In this document: positions 37,291 through 45,237 of the stretch, piece after piece
Layout: each line of letters opens with the position of its first letter
Position numbering within the stretch: the first letter of the stretch is position 1
Origin: an uncultured bacterium
Lineage (GTDB): Bacteria; Planctomycetota; Phycisphaerae; Phycisphaerales; UBA1924
DNA length: 64,000 bases
Assembly: GCA_963976625.1 (NCBI GenBank)
Contig: CAXBLA010000004.1
Coordinates: 95,189-159,188 of the forward strand
Direction of reading: 5' to 3'
Translations under genes and position numbers: made by a program
Notes under the pieces: generated by a model
What the model was told of the DNA's origin: nothing
Databases searched by the model: none
Seen by the model: the letters and a program-made list of their open reading frames with translations, nothing else

Positions 37291-37986
37291 TCACACGGAT
37301 AGTCTTTCAAGAGCCTCGCGAGTTAGCCCGCCTGCTACGTTCGATGAGTATCCGCTACGCCCGTTCTTAGCAATCAGACCAATCGACCGCAACCAGGCAA
37401 TCACGAGGTATACCTGATACGAGGGCACTATCACACCATTGGATGTGTCCTCAATATCGCCCAGATCCTCCACCGACCAAATCTTCCCGTCCTCCCTCGT
37501 CGCGTCGATGTATTTTACAAACGCGATTGCCGCGCTCGTGGGCGCGGAATGCCGATACTCACTCTTCTTTTTCTTGGACCATCCAATCTTGTCAATTCCT
37601 AAATCAGTGACTTCGAACCACGGGTACCCGCGCTTGCCCGACTTCTTCGCCGCTCCTTTTTTAACCACACCCTTTTTAACCACACCCTTTTTAACCGTTC
37701 TGCTCTCGCACCGTTTTGCTTCCTCAGAGGAACACTCGGCATTGACAAGACCGTTTTCAGGATCAGTGGTGCCGAGTGCCTTTTCAGCAGACATGCCGCC
37801 GGTTTCGGACGCCATAGCAGATTTTATTGAACCACTTTTATCAACCAGCCTAGCCACCCCATCAGCTAGCCTAGCCAGCTCCGCTAACTCCGAATAACGG
37901 CCCGCCGCGACCTCCGACTGTATGAGGTCCTGCAATGAGGTTTCGGCTACGGCTATCAGGTCCAGGGCTTGTTTAGTTGCATTCAT
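37291..37986 (-). CDS. Candidate system gene A: coiled-coil, (KKGVV)n basic linker, winged-helix-like C-terminus (third paralog of 25205/27302 family)
   Basis: The C-terminal VPSYQVYLVIAWLRSIGLIAKNGRSGY aligns with LPDYQVRVAIRFLAHRHIVDHSRARF of the other two. YRHSAPTSAAIAFVKYI aligns with PFRCPKDIFEIVAKAM. It is the first gene of the operon. Confidence 0.6.
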   Translation of the reverse strand: MNATKQALDLIAVAETSLQDLIQSEVAAGRYSELAELARLADGVARLVDKSGSIKSAMASETGGMSAEKALGTTDPENGLVNAECSSEEAKRCESRTVKKGVVKKGVVKKGAAKKSGKRGYPWFEVTDLGIDKIGWSKKKKSEYRHSAPTSAAIAFVKYIDATREDGKIWSVEDLGDIEDTSNGVIVPSYQVYLVIAWLRSIGLIAKNGRSGYSSNVAGGLTREALERLSV

Positions 37987-37990
37987 ATGG

Positions 37991-38058
37991 ATACAGTATG
38001 GGTACAGTAACTCGTAGTCAACCTCCTGAGGCGTATTGTACTGTATTTGTACCTGTAT
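37991..38058. promoter_or_regulatory. Operator-like array of TACAGTA/TACTGTA boxes over the operon promoter
   Basis: ATACAGTA (37991-98) and GTACAGTA (38002-09) face TACTGTA (38039-45) and GTACCTGTAT (38049-58). On the minus strand TTGACT-17 nt-TACTGT lies inside the array and ends 6 nt before the gene A ATG. Confidence 0.4.
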
Positions 38059-38218
38059 TTTAATTGGCGATACCTAAAAGTGCCCAGGCGGCGGTTATCC
38101 ACATAGGCATACAGCCCATTCCATCACCGCCTCGCTGGATTTTGCATCTGTGATTCTTGTGGATATGTCTGCCTTGACGGACCTTGTATTCAGAGAGAGG
38201 GTGAGCGTCTTCGTGGCG

Positions 38219-38242
38219 ACTGTCCCATTTCTGTCCCACTTT
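38219..38242 (+). repeat. Sub-terminal repeat, right copy
   Basis: ACTGTCCCATTTCTGTCCCACTTT; see 25118-25141. Confidence 0.5.
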
Positions 38243-38365
38243 CGCAGTCACGAATAGGAATAATTCGGAATACGCCGGAATCAATCAAATCGTGTAAACG
38301 CCTTGTATAGAACAGTTAATGCGATGAATGCTTGATTCCAAGCAACAAAGAATCAATCCGATTTA

Positions 38366-38384
38366 GAATCCCCCCCTCTCCGTT
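38366..38384 (+). repeat. attR core: 19-bp direct repeat
   Basis: GAATCCCCCCCTCTCCGTT is identical to the tRNA-Ser(GGA) 3' end at 25027-25045. Confidence 0.85.
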
Positions 38385-38393
38385 AAACAATAG

Positions 38394-38432
38394 AAAGCCG
38401 AATGCAGGCCTCACACTTGCATTCGGCTTTTT
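38394..38432 (+). terminator. Hairpin terminator just outside attR (probable ancestral tRNA-Ser terminator; possibly bidirectional)
   Basis: AAAGCCGAATGCA-ggcctcacact-TGCATTCGGCTTT followed by TT. It lies 10 nt after the repeat. Confidence 0.6.
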
Positions 38433-38463
38433 CATGGCTCAAACCAATTGGCGGGCGTTCTGA

Positions 38464-39519
38464 TTACTCTTCCGCCCAGTTCACCACGCGGGTGCTCGTT
38501 GGGCCCAGATCATCCACGGCGATCGTCGTTCGCACGGTGAAGGGCTCGGATTGGTGCTGGCCGATGGAGACCAGCTCGATGAGGGTTGGGGCGATGGGCT
38601 GATGCTCGAGGCGGACATGGTCAAACGCGGCAGCGGTGAGGAGGCCGACGAAGGAGGCGGCTTCGAGCTGAATCTCGATGAACCCCGCGGGGGGCGAATC
38701 GTCCGTCTCGTATTCGACCTGATAAGTCGAGTAGCCCGCACCCAGATCGAGGAGTGTCAGACAATCATGGATGGACGAGTCGGCCAGCAATTCTCCGTCG
38801 GCTCGCAGGCGGATGCGGATGTCTGAGAGCAGGGCCGCGATGCCGGCGGTGCCGATATCGACGCTGAGCCGATAGCGTGTGTTGGGCTCGAGCTCGCCTG
38901 TGGTCTCCTGTGAGAACCGCGCCCACCCATCGACGGCCACCAAGAACCGGGCGTATCCGCCGGAGTTTCCCTCGGTGGTCAACGCGAGGGGCATGACCCC
39001 GATCCCGGGCACGGTGAGCCCGGTGTTGACCAGGCCGTATCGTTGGGCCCGCCATGCGCCGAACCAGCCGCTCGATGGCGGCCCGAACAACGGATGCGAG
39101 AGCGCGTTGCTGGCGAGCTCGAAGCCCGCGTCTTGAACGGTGATCGAAGTCCAATCATCATCAGCAACGGGCAGAACAGTGCCCGAGACCTGCAGATGCT
39201 GATCGTCACCGAGATCGGTATTGACGAATGGAGTGCCGTCGAGTTCGTCTTCCCAGTCGGGCTCGGACTCGATCAGGAAGCGGGCGAGCCGGACGCCGTC
39301 CTCGGCGACCGCCTTGGCCCGGATGCGCTTGACCTCAAGCATCGTTGATCGGGTCACAGTGAGCGCGGAGTACAGCACGCCGGTGGTCACTGAGAACCCG
39401 ATCGCGATCACGATCAGCACCAGAAGCAGGGTCCCGCCTTTGCGGGAGTCACCGGTTTTGCGGGGAGTGCCGGGCTTGACGCTGCTTTGACTCGGTTGTG
39501 CGTGTGGTCGAATATTCAT
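38464..39519 (-). CDS. Membrane-anchored protein ending the pseudopilin set (GspK-like position), function unknown
   Basis: The ATG at 39519 (MNIRPHAQ...) forms an ATGA overlap with the upstream stop. It has a single N-terminal TM (GGTLLLVLIVIAIGFSV) and a large extracytoplasmic domain. Confidence 0.5.
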   Translation of the reverse strand: MNIRPHAQPSQSSVKPGTPRKTGDSRKGGTLLLVLIVIAIGFSVTTGVLYSALTVTRSTMLEVKRIRAKAVAEDGVRLARFLIESEPDWEDELDGTPFVNTDLGDDQHLQVSGTVLPVADDDWTSITVQDAGFELASNALSHPLFGPPSSGWFGAWRAQRYGLVNTGLTVPGIGVMPLALTTEGNSGGYARFLVAVDGWARFSQETTGELEPNTRYRLSVDIGTAGIAALLSDIRIRLRADGELLADSSIHDCLTLLDLGAGYSTYQVEYETDDSPPAGFIEIQLEAASFVGLLTAAAFDHVRLEHQPIAPTLIELVSIGQHQSEPFTVRTTIAVDDLGPTSTRVVNWAEE

Positions 39520-40109
39520 GGGAACTCCAATCTGAACCGCTCGTGCATGCGGATCTCGCCGGCCCCCTCGGCCAGCTTGCCCAGCGAAATATTGCACACC
39601 ACCGAACGGGCGTCCATGGGATCGGCTTCGAGCCACATGAGCTCGAACCGCTCAACACCCTCGGTGAGGACCGCTTCCTCTGCGATTGGGTTGGACATGA
39701 TCTGCGATGCGATGGTCTCGAAGTTCTCGAGCAAGGTGAGATCGACATCAAGATCGGGGTCGATATCGAGCGTGCTCAGCCGGATGGTTCGGGTGTCTTC
39801 TTCGTAGAACACCACGGCGAGCTCGCCGGTGCCTGGCAGAGAATCTCCATCAAGATCGGCGGCCCAGAAAACTCCCCAGTCGTCGCCACCATCAAGGAGC
39901 CCGATGGTGTTGCTCAGGATGGGGGCGAGCCGACGGATCACGATCTCGCGGACCGTCAGCTCGTCGGACCGTGTCAGCCCGGTCTCGGAGTTGCCGATCG
40001 CGGCGAACATGAACGAGACCGCGGCCAAGCAGACGAAGGCGGCCATGCTGATCGCGATGAGCACCTCGATGAGTGTGAAGGCGCGTGCCTTTGAAATTGC
40101 CCGAGTCAC
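39516..40109 (-). CDS. Prepilin-type N-terminal cleavage/methylation domain protein (minor pseudopilin)
   Basis: KARAFTLIEVLIAISMAAF is the canonical prepilin motif. Confidence 0.75.
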   Translation of the reverse strand: MTRAISKARAFTLIEVLIAISMAAFVCLAAVSFMFAAIGNSETGLTRSDELTVREIVIRRLAPILSNTIGLLDGGDDWGVFWAADLDGDSLPGTGELAVVFYEEDTRTIRLSTLDIDPDLDVDLTLLENFETIASQIMSNPIAEEAVLTEGVERFELMWLEADPMDARSVVCNISLGKLAEGAGEIRMHERFRLEFP

Positions 40110-40564
40110 GGAGTCACCGCCATAGGGATACGGACCCGGTAGGACTCGGACTTGCCGCTGTGTTCCTGGGCGTTGATGACATACTCGTGGCAGTCCACGC
40201 TGGTGATCGCACCGAACTGCACGCTGATGGTGCGATCGAAGAGCTCGATTGATCGGCTCGATTGCTGCGCGATCGTGGGCAAGAGCTCGCCGAGCGCGTC
40301 AGTCAGCTCGCCGGCGTTCTGGCTGTAGCCATCGAAGAGCAGCTCGCGCGTTGGGTTCGGCTCGAGGATGATCTCTTCTGCGATCAGTCCCGACACCCGC
40401 GCTGAGATGATGGTGCGTTCGATGGTGTGCAGATCTTTGTTACCCGACGCGAGCCCGTGCATGACGGCCACCGCGGCGAGCGAGAGAATCATCGCTGCGA
40501 GCAGCACTTCGAGCATCGAGAAGCCCGTACGGGAGCGATGTTTGTATAGATACTGTGTTCTCAT
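40106..40564 (-). CDS. Prepilin-type pseudopilin (GspI-like size)
   Basis: RTGFSMLEVLLAAMILSLAAV is an N-terminal methylation motif. 152 aa. Confidence 0.7.
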   Translation of the reverse strand: MRTQYLYKHRSRTGFSMLEVLLAAMILSLAAVAVMHGLASGNKDLHTIERTIISARVSGLIAEEIILEPNPTRELLFDGYSQNAGELTDALGELLPTIAQQSSRSIELFDRTISVQFGAITSVDCHEYVINAQEHSGKSESYRVRIPMAVTP

Positions 40565-41736
40565 GACGACATCACCCCACCGGCCTGGAACAGCGGGAGC
40601 ATCAAAGCCGCGGCGATGAATCCAACCAGCACGCCCATGATCGCGATCATCAACGGCTCGATCACCTGGATCAGCCCCTTGATCGAGAGCTCGTAGTCCT
40701 TTTCGAGATAGCCCGCGAGCCGATCGAATACAAAGCCCAGACGCCCGGCCTGGTCGCCGCTCTCGATCATCTGCGCGATGTGATTGGGAATCACCGGGCT
40801 GTCGGCGAAAGCGCCGCTGAGGCGCTCGCCGTGGTTGGTCCGCGAGGCGACATCGACCCAGAGGTCTTTGTGCACCTTATTGGCGACGATCTTGCCCGCG
40901 ATCTCGACCGATTGCGTGATCGGCACCCCCGCTTCGAGCATCACCGCAAACCCGCGGAAGGCGCGTGCCTGGTACAGCGTGTTGAGCGTCTTGCCGATCA
41001 GCGGGATTCCAAGCACCACGCGATCGCGGATGCTCGAACCGACCTTGGTCGCCATCCACATATTGAGCCCGATCAAGCCGGCGCTGAGCGCGAAGAGCCA
41101 CCAGAACCAGTGCACCGCGAGGTGATCGCTCATGCCCATGAGCACCCGCGTGGGTGTGGGCAGCTGGGCGCCCTTGCCCTCAAAGAGCGTTGCGAAGCGC
41201 GGGAGCACGAAGAGCATCAGCATCAGCACCACCGAGACACACACCACCACCATCAGCGCCGGGTACATCATCGCGGACTTGAACCGCTTCATCAGCAGCA
41301 TCTCCTGGGACATGTACTCATGGGCCTTTGTGAGGATCGTGCCCAGGTTCCCGCTCTCTTCGCCCGACTGGACGAGGGCGATGAGCCCTTCGTCGATGCG
41401 GGCGGGCGCTTGTTCCATGGCGATCGAGAGCGACTTGCCGTGCTCGACATCGTTGGCGATGTGCATGAACAGCTTCCTAGTCGATCGGCGTTCGCAGCGT
41501 TCGCTCAGTGAGCTGAGCGCTTCGCTGATGGGGATCCCGGTCTCGATCATGATCGAGAGCTGGGACACGAACCAGGTGACATCGTTCTTGTTGGCCTTGG
41601 GCAGGTTGAGCCGGGCGTGGTTGCGGGCGAGCTCGCTACCCCGCGCCCGACGCTGGGCCCGGGTTTGGCTCTTGACTGGATGATCTGTAGATTTCTGATT
41701 GCGATCGCTCGCCCCGAAGTCAAAGGTCGATTTCAT
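40561..41736 (-). CDS. Type II secretion/type IV pilus platform protein (GspF/PilC family)
   Basis: Duplicated T2SF domains (FVSQLSIMIETGIPISEAL; FRGFAVMLEAGVPITQSV) and three TM segments. Confidence 0.85.
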   Translation of the reverse strand: MKSTFDFGASDRNQKSTDHPVKSQTRAQRRARGSELARNHARLNLPKANKNDVTWFVSQLSIMIETGIPISEALSSLSERCERRSTRKLFMHIANDVEHGKSLSIAMEQAPARIDEGLIALVQSGEESGNLGTILTKAHEYMSQEMLLMKRFKSAMMYPALMVVVCVSVVLMLMLFVLPRFATLFEGKGAQLPTPTRVLMGMSDHLAVHWFWWLFALSAGLIGLNMWMATKVGSSIRDRVVLGIPLIGKTLNTLYQARAFRGFAVMLEAGVPITQSVEIAGKIVANKVHKDLWVDVASRTNHGERLSGAFADSPVIPNHIAQMIESGDQAGRLGFVFDRLAGYLEKDYELSIKGLIQVIEPLMIAIMGVLVGFIAAALMLPLFQAGGVMSS

Positions 41737-43529
41737 GATGCCCTCCTTTTGTGTTCTTGGCCGCCGTCTCTGGTCGTCGGGTTGGGGACGACCGCGAGCA
41801 GATCATGGAGATTGATCAGCCCCGCATCGGATTTAATGAGCCCATCGTCGAACATACTGACCGTTGGCTCGATGGTGTGCTCTTGGGATGCGAAGATCTG
41901 CATCGCGGCCTGCTCATCGAGTTCGAGTAGTTCGTACACACCAATCCGTCCCTTGATCCCACGATCGGCGCACGCGGGGCAGCCCGGGGCTTGCCAGACA
42001 GTGTGATTGGCAAAGAGTTCCTGGTGTGATGATGGTTTGATCTGGAGATTGTCGCCTTGTGCATCTGCGGGTGATTTGCACTGCTGGCACAGACGCCCGA
42101 TCAGGCGCTGGGCGAGCACGCCGCGGAGTGAAGCCGCGATCAGGTAGGGCTCGACGCCCATGTTCTCGAGCCGCTGAAGCGATGAGAGCGCATCGTTGGT
42201 GTGCAGCGTGGACAACACCAGATGCCCGGTGAGCGAAGCTTGCACCGCCAGAGCCGCGGTCTCGCCGTCGCGGATCTCGCCGACCATGATGACATCCGGG
42301 TCCTGCCTGAGCATCGAGCGCAGCGCCCGGACGAACCCGAAGCCGGCCTTGTCGTTGATCTGGAACTGGCTCGCGCCGGTGATCCGACGCTCGACGGGGT
42401 CTTCGATCGTGCTGACATTGAGTTCTTCAGCACACGCCTCACTGAGCAACGCATAGAGCGTGGTCGTTTTCCCGCTGCCGGTGGGCCCGGTGACGAGCAC
42501 CAAACCATTGGGCAGCTTGGATAATTCGCGGAGCTGTTCGCTCGGAGCGCTGGCGACGCCGAGCTCTTCGAGCGTGGGGATCGTCGCGCCCTGCTGGACC
42601 AGTCGCATCACGGCCTTCTCGCCGTACTTGGTCGTCATGGTCGAGACGCGGAAATCGATGACCGTCTCCCCGATGTTCACCGTGAACGCCCCGTCCTGAG
42701 GCACCCGGCGCTCCGAGATATCGAGCTTGGCGAGCACTTTGATTCGGCTGATCACGGCGGGTAAAAGCTTCTTGGGCGGCTCGGCGATCGTGCGGAGCTT
42801 GCCGTCGATGCGGAAGCGGACCAGGAAGCCATTGGTCCACGGCTCGATGTGGATATCGCTGGCGTTGTGCTCGCACGCGCTGCCCAAGACACGATTGACG
42901 AGGTTGACCACGGGCGAGTCCGACGCCGCCGATAGGTCGGCCTCCTCGGTGATGGCCTCCTCGATCACGCGCACCGTGTCAATCTCGCTCTCGCAGATCA
43001 GATCGCGGATAATGGGTTGGGCCTCAGGTTCTTCTTCCACCTCATCCATCGCCCCGAGCACTTCCTGGCGAACGCGGCGGATGGTCTGCGCATCGCACGC
43101 GACGAATATCACCTCACAGCCGGTGATGCGTTCGATCTCTTGGGCGAGCTCCGTGTCGGCGAAGCGCTCGCACGCGATGCTCATCATGCCATCGACAAGA
43201 GAGATCGGCATGATCTCGTTCGTGTCTAAGTAGCCGTACTCGAAGGCCTCGCAGACCAAAGGGTTCACCATCGTGGCATCGAGATCGATATACGCCACCT
43301 TGGCGAAGCTCGCGAGCTGCGCGATCATATCCCGTCTTTGGCAACACCCCAGATCCACAAGCACCTTAATAAGTGTGCGGGCGGAGCCCGGATCCGCCTT
43401 GATCTCGAGATCACGCTGGGCGATCCCTGCGTCGAGCTGGGCTTGGGTCATCACCTCTCGATAGACCAGCTCGTTGGCGGCCCGCAGCCACGGATCGCCG
43501 TACAAATGAGTTGGACGCTGCTCACTCAA
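41733..43529 (-). CDS. Type II secretion/type IV pilus assembly ATPase (GspE/PilB family)
   Basis: Walker A VTGPTGSGKTTTLYA, Asp box, Walker B DPDVIMVGEIRD, His box LVLSTLHTND and the tetracysteine CQQC...CPAC. It has an N-terminal GSPII_E_N-like domain. Confidence 0.9.
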   Translation of the reverse strand: MSEQRPTHLYGDPWLRAANELVYREVMTQAQLDAGIAQRDLEIKADPGSARTLIKVLVDLGCCQRRDMIAQLASFAKVAYIDLDATMVNPLVCEAFEYGYLDTNEIMPISLVDGMMSIACERFADTELAQEIERITGCEVIFVACDAQTIRRVRQEVLGAMDEVEEEPEAQPIIRDLICESEIDTVRVIEEAITEEADLSAASDSPVVNLVNRVLGSACEHNASDIHIEPWTNGFLVRFRIDGKLRTIAEPPKKLLPAVISRIKVLAKLDISERRVPQDGAFTVNIGETVIDFRVSTMTTKYGEKAVMRLVQQGATIPTLEELGVASAPSEQLRELSKLPNGLVLVTGPTGSGKTTTLYALLSEACAEELNVSTIEDPVERRITGASQFQINDKAGFGFVRALRSMLRQDPDVIMVGEIRDGETAALAVQASLTGHLVLSTLHTNDALSSLQRLENMGVEPYLIAASLRGVLAQRLIGRLCQQCKSPADAQGDNLQIKPSSHQELFANHTVWQAPGCPACADRGIKGRIGVYELLELDEQAAMQIFASQEHTIEPTVSMFDDGLIKSDAGLINLHDLLAVVPNPTTRDGGQEHKRRAS

Positions 43530-44058
43530 TGGGCACCTCCGCGTGGCGCTCGCCCGAGACCGTGAGCAGGATGCACAGCCCGTCGCGTTCGAGCTTGACC
43601 TGATCCTCGTCGATATCGAGCACGGCCCAGTGCTCGATGCTCATCCCCGCGATCACCGATCGCCCGTTGATCACGGCGATGGTGTGCTTGCCTTGCATAA
43701 TGGTCGTGAGTTTAAAATCGGGGATCTCTGGGACATCGATTTCGCTGCCTGAGCTCATTTTCGGTTCAGTCTGACCAGCCGGAGGCTCTGTTGGCACCAC
43801 GGGTACAACCGTCTCAATCACGGCGAAGGGATCGCGGTGCACCCGGTCTTCCCAGGTATACACGGGTTGCAGTCGGTGCCAATGTCCGTCAGCGCCGTGG
43901 TCGGATTCGCTGTCAACTGCTGGGCTACCGGGCTCACCACGGGCAACGCTTGGCGAAGCACCCGGGTTGAGTATGCGAAAACCCGCAAAGAGCACGGTGA
44001 CGAGTGCGAGCACCGCCAGGAACGGATGGTTCTTCAGATTCGCGATCAGATCTTCCAT
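43522..44058 (-). CDS. PilP/GspC-like small membrane-anchored protein
   Basis: An N-terminal TM, and the C-terminal beta-domain HTIAVINGRSVIAGMSIEHWAVLDIDEDQVKLERDG resembles PilP/GspC HR-type domains. The assignment rests on position. Confidence 0.4.
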   Translation of the reverse strand: MEDLIANLKNHPFLAVLALVTVLFAGFRILNPGASPSVARGEPGSPAVDSESDHGADGHWHRLQPVYTWEDRVHRDPFAVIETVVPVVPTEPPAGQTEPKMSSGSEIDVPEIPDFKLTTIMQGKHTIAVINGRSVIAGMSIEHWAVLDIDEDQVKLERDGLCILLTVSGERHAEVPIE

Positions 44059-44059
44059 C

Positions 44060-44620
44060 TTATTGTTCTCCCTTGGCGAGCCGCGACGAGATCATCTCGG
44101 CTTCGAGCCTGATATGACGGTCATGCCCGTCCGGTACGCTTGGGGCACCGAGCTCTGGATCTGCTGAGTCTGTTTCTGCACGCTCTGAAATGATGGGTGT
44201 GATGGTCATCCGATGGACACGAACGATCGGATCCGAGGCACGCAGCTTGATCAGGAATCCGTGCAGGTCCTCGATCCTCATCGCAAACTGGGCATCGACC
44301 GAGATCACTTGTGTCTGGGCGTCACCCGGCGCAGTGCTCATGTGGAGCACGGGTTCGCTCGCCCCGCTGGATTCGAGCAACGCGGAGAGGTCCACCACGC
44401 CGCGGAGCCTGAGCGAAGATTGTGCATCGAGCGCATGCCCCGTACGGATGCGTGCGGTCTCTTGGCCGAGCTGAGAGACCAGTTCGGCCTTGGACATAAT
44501 CTGAGCGTGCAAGGATCGGTTGCCAGACGCACGCTGCCAAGTGATGCGGATCAACGCGCCCGAGAGCACGACAGAAGCGACCAGAAACACGACCCAAATC
44601 AGTGTTCGATTCTTGAGCAT
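44060..44620 (-). CDS. PilO/GspM-like bitopic protein
   Basis: The ATG at 44620 gives MLKNRTLIWVVFLVASVVLSGAL (single TM). The assignment is positional, after the PilN-like gene. Confidence 0.4.
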   Translation of the reverse strand: MLKNRTLIWVVFLVASVVLSGALIRITWQRASGNRSLHAQIMSKAELVSQLGQETARIRTGHALDAQSSLRLRGVVDLSALLESSGASEPVLHMSTAPGDAQTQVISVDAQFAMRIEDLHGFLIKLRASDPIVRVHRMTITPIISERAETDSADPELGAPSVPDGHDRHIRLEAEMISSRLAKGEQ

Positions 44621-44621
44621 C

Positions 44622-45221
44622 TCAGTATCCCCCACCCATCTCTGGCTCAAATGATGCGGCGCTGAGCCTGAAACGCCCCGAGCGATCGTCGCGACCATCC
44701 CGGCGTCCCTCGTTGAGATTGACTGACTTGAAGCCCAGATCGGTGAGCGACGAGGCAAGCACGAGCAGGTCCTCGTTGTTGTGTGAGACCCCCGAAATCT
44801 CGATGCTCATTTTTCGCTGATCCGTTTTTCGATCTGCAAATCTCCTGAGTGTGCGCTTGGAGTTATCCGGCCACGCGTACTCCAGATCGAACTCATAGAG
44901 CTCGATGCCCTCGGGCACGACCTGCGTAACCATCGCGAGCATGGCCGAGGGCGGGCAGACCCCACGCAACTCATCATCGGCATGCTGCTCTTGGCTCCAC
45001 GCCGCGTTGCTCAGCTTGATCTCCGAGGCCTGGGCATCGAGCGCTCGAAGCTGGCACGAGAGCACGGTGCTCGTGCGGTATTGATAGATCGCACTGAGCC
45101 CGCACACGATCAACGCGGAAACGATCACCGTGGGCATCGCCCGCGGGATCACCCCTCGCCGATCAACCCCCCGGGTGAGTTCCTCGGACGATAGATCATT
45201 GATGAGATTCACACTGTTCAT
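44622..45221 (-). CDS. PilN/GspL-C-like bitopic protein
   Basis: A short cytoplasmic N-terminus and then a TM (PTVIVSALIVCGLSAIY). It sits between the PilM-like and PilO-like genes. Confidence 0.4.
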   Translation of the reverse strand: MNSVNLINDLSSEELTRGVDRRGVIPRAMPTVIVSALIVCGLSAIYQYRTSTVLSCQLRALDAQASEIKLSNAAWSQEQHADDELRGVCPPSAMLAMVTQVVPEGIELYEFDLEYAWPDNSKRTLRRFADRKTDQRKMSIEISGVSHNNEDLLVLASSLTDLGFKSVNLNEGRRDGRDDRSGRFRLSAASFEPEMGGGY

Positions 45222-45237
45222 TTTTCTCCCCTCGTGA

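Larger units (their letters stand above)
25044..38384. mobile_element. Integrated genomic island at tRNA-Ser(GGA), about 13.3 kb
   Basis: Evidence for the island: 19-bp direct repeats of the tRNA 3' end at both borders, a xis-like gene plus tyrosine integrase next to the tRNA, a large serine recombinase, composition visibly more AT-rich than the flanks, and host-type genes resuming beyond both repeats. Confidence 0.8.

Noticed and set aside
38060-38284. 74-aa minus-strand ORF between gene A and attR
   Set aside because: It has no ribosome-binding site and an odd composition, and it overlaps the sub-terminal repeat. It is treated as non-coding att-proximal DNA, though a small gene cannot be excluded.
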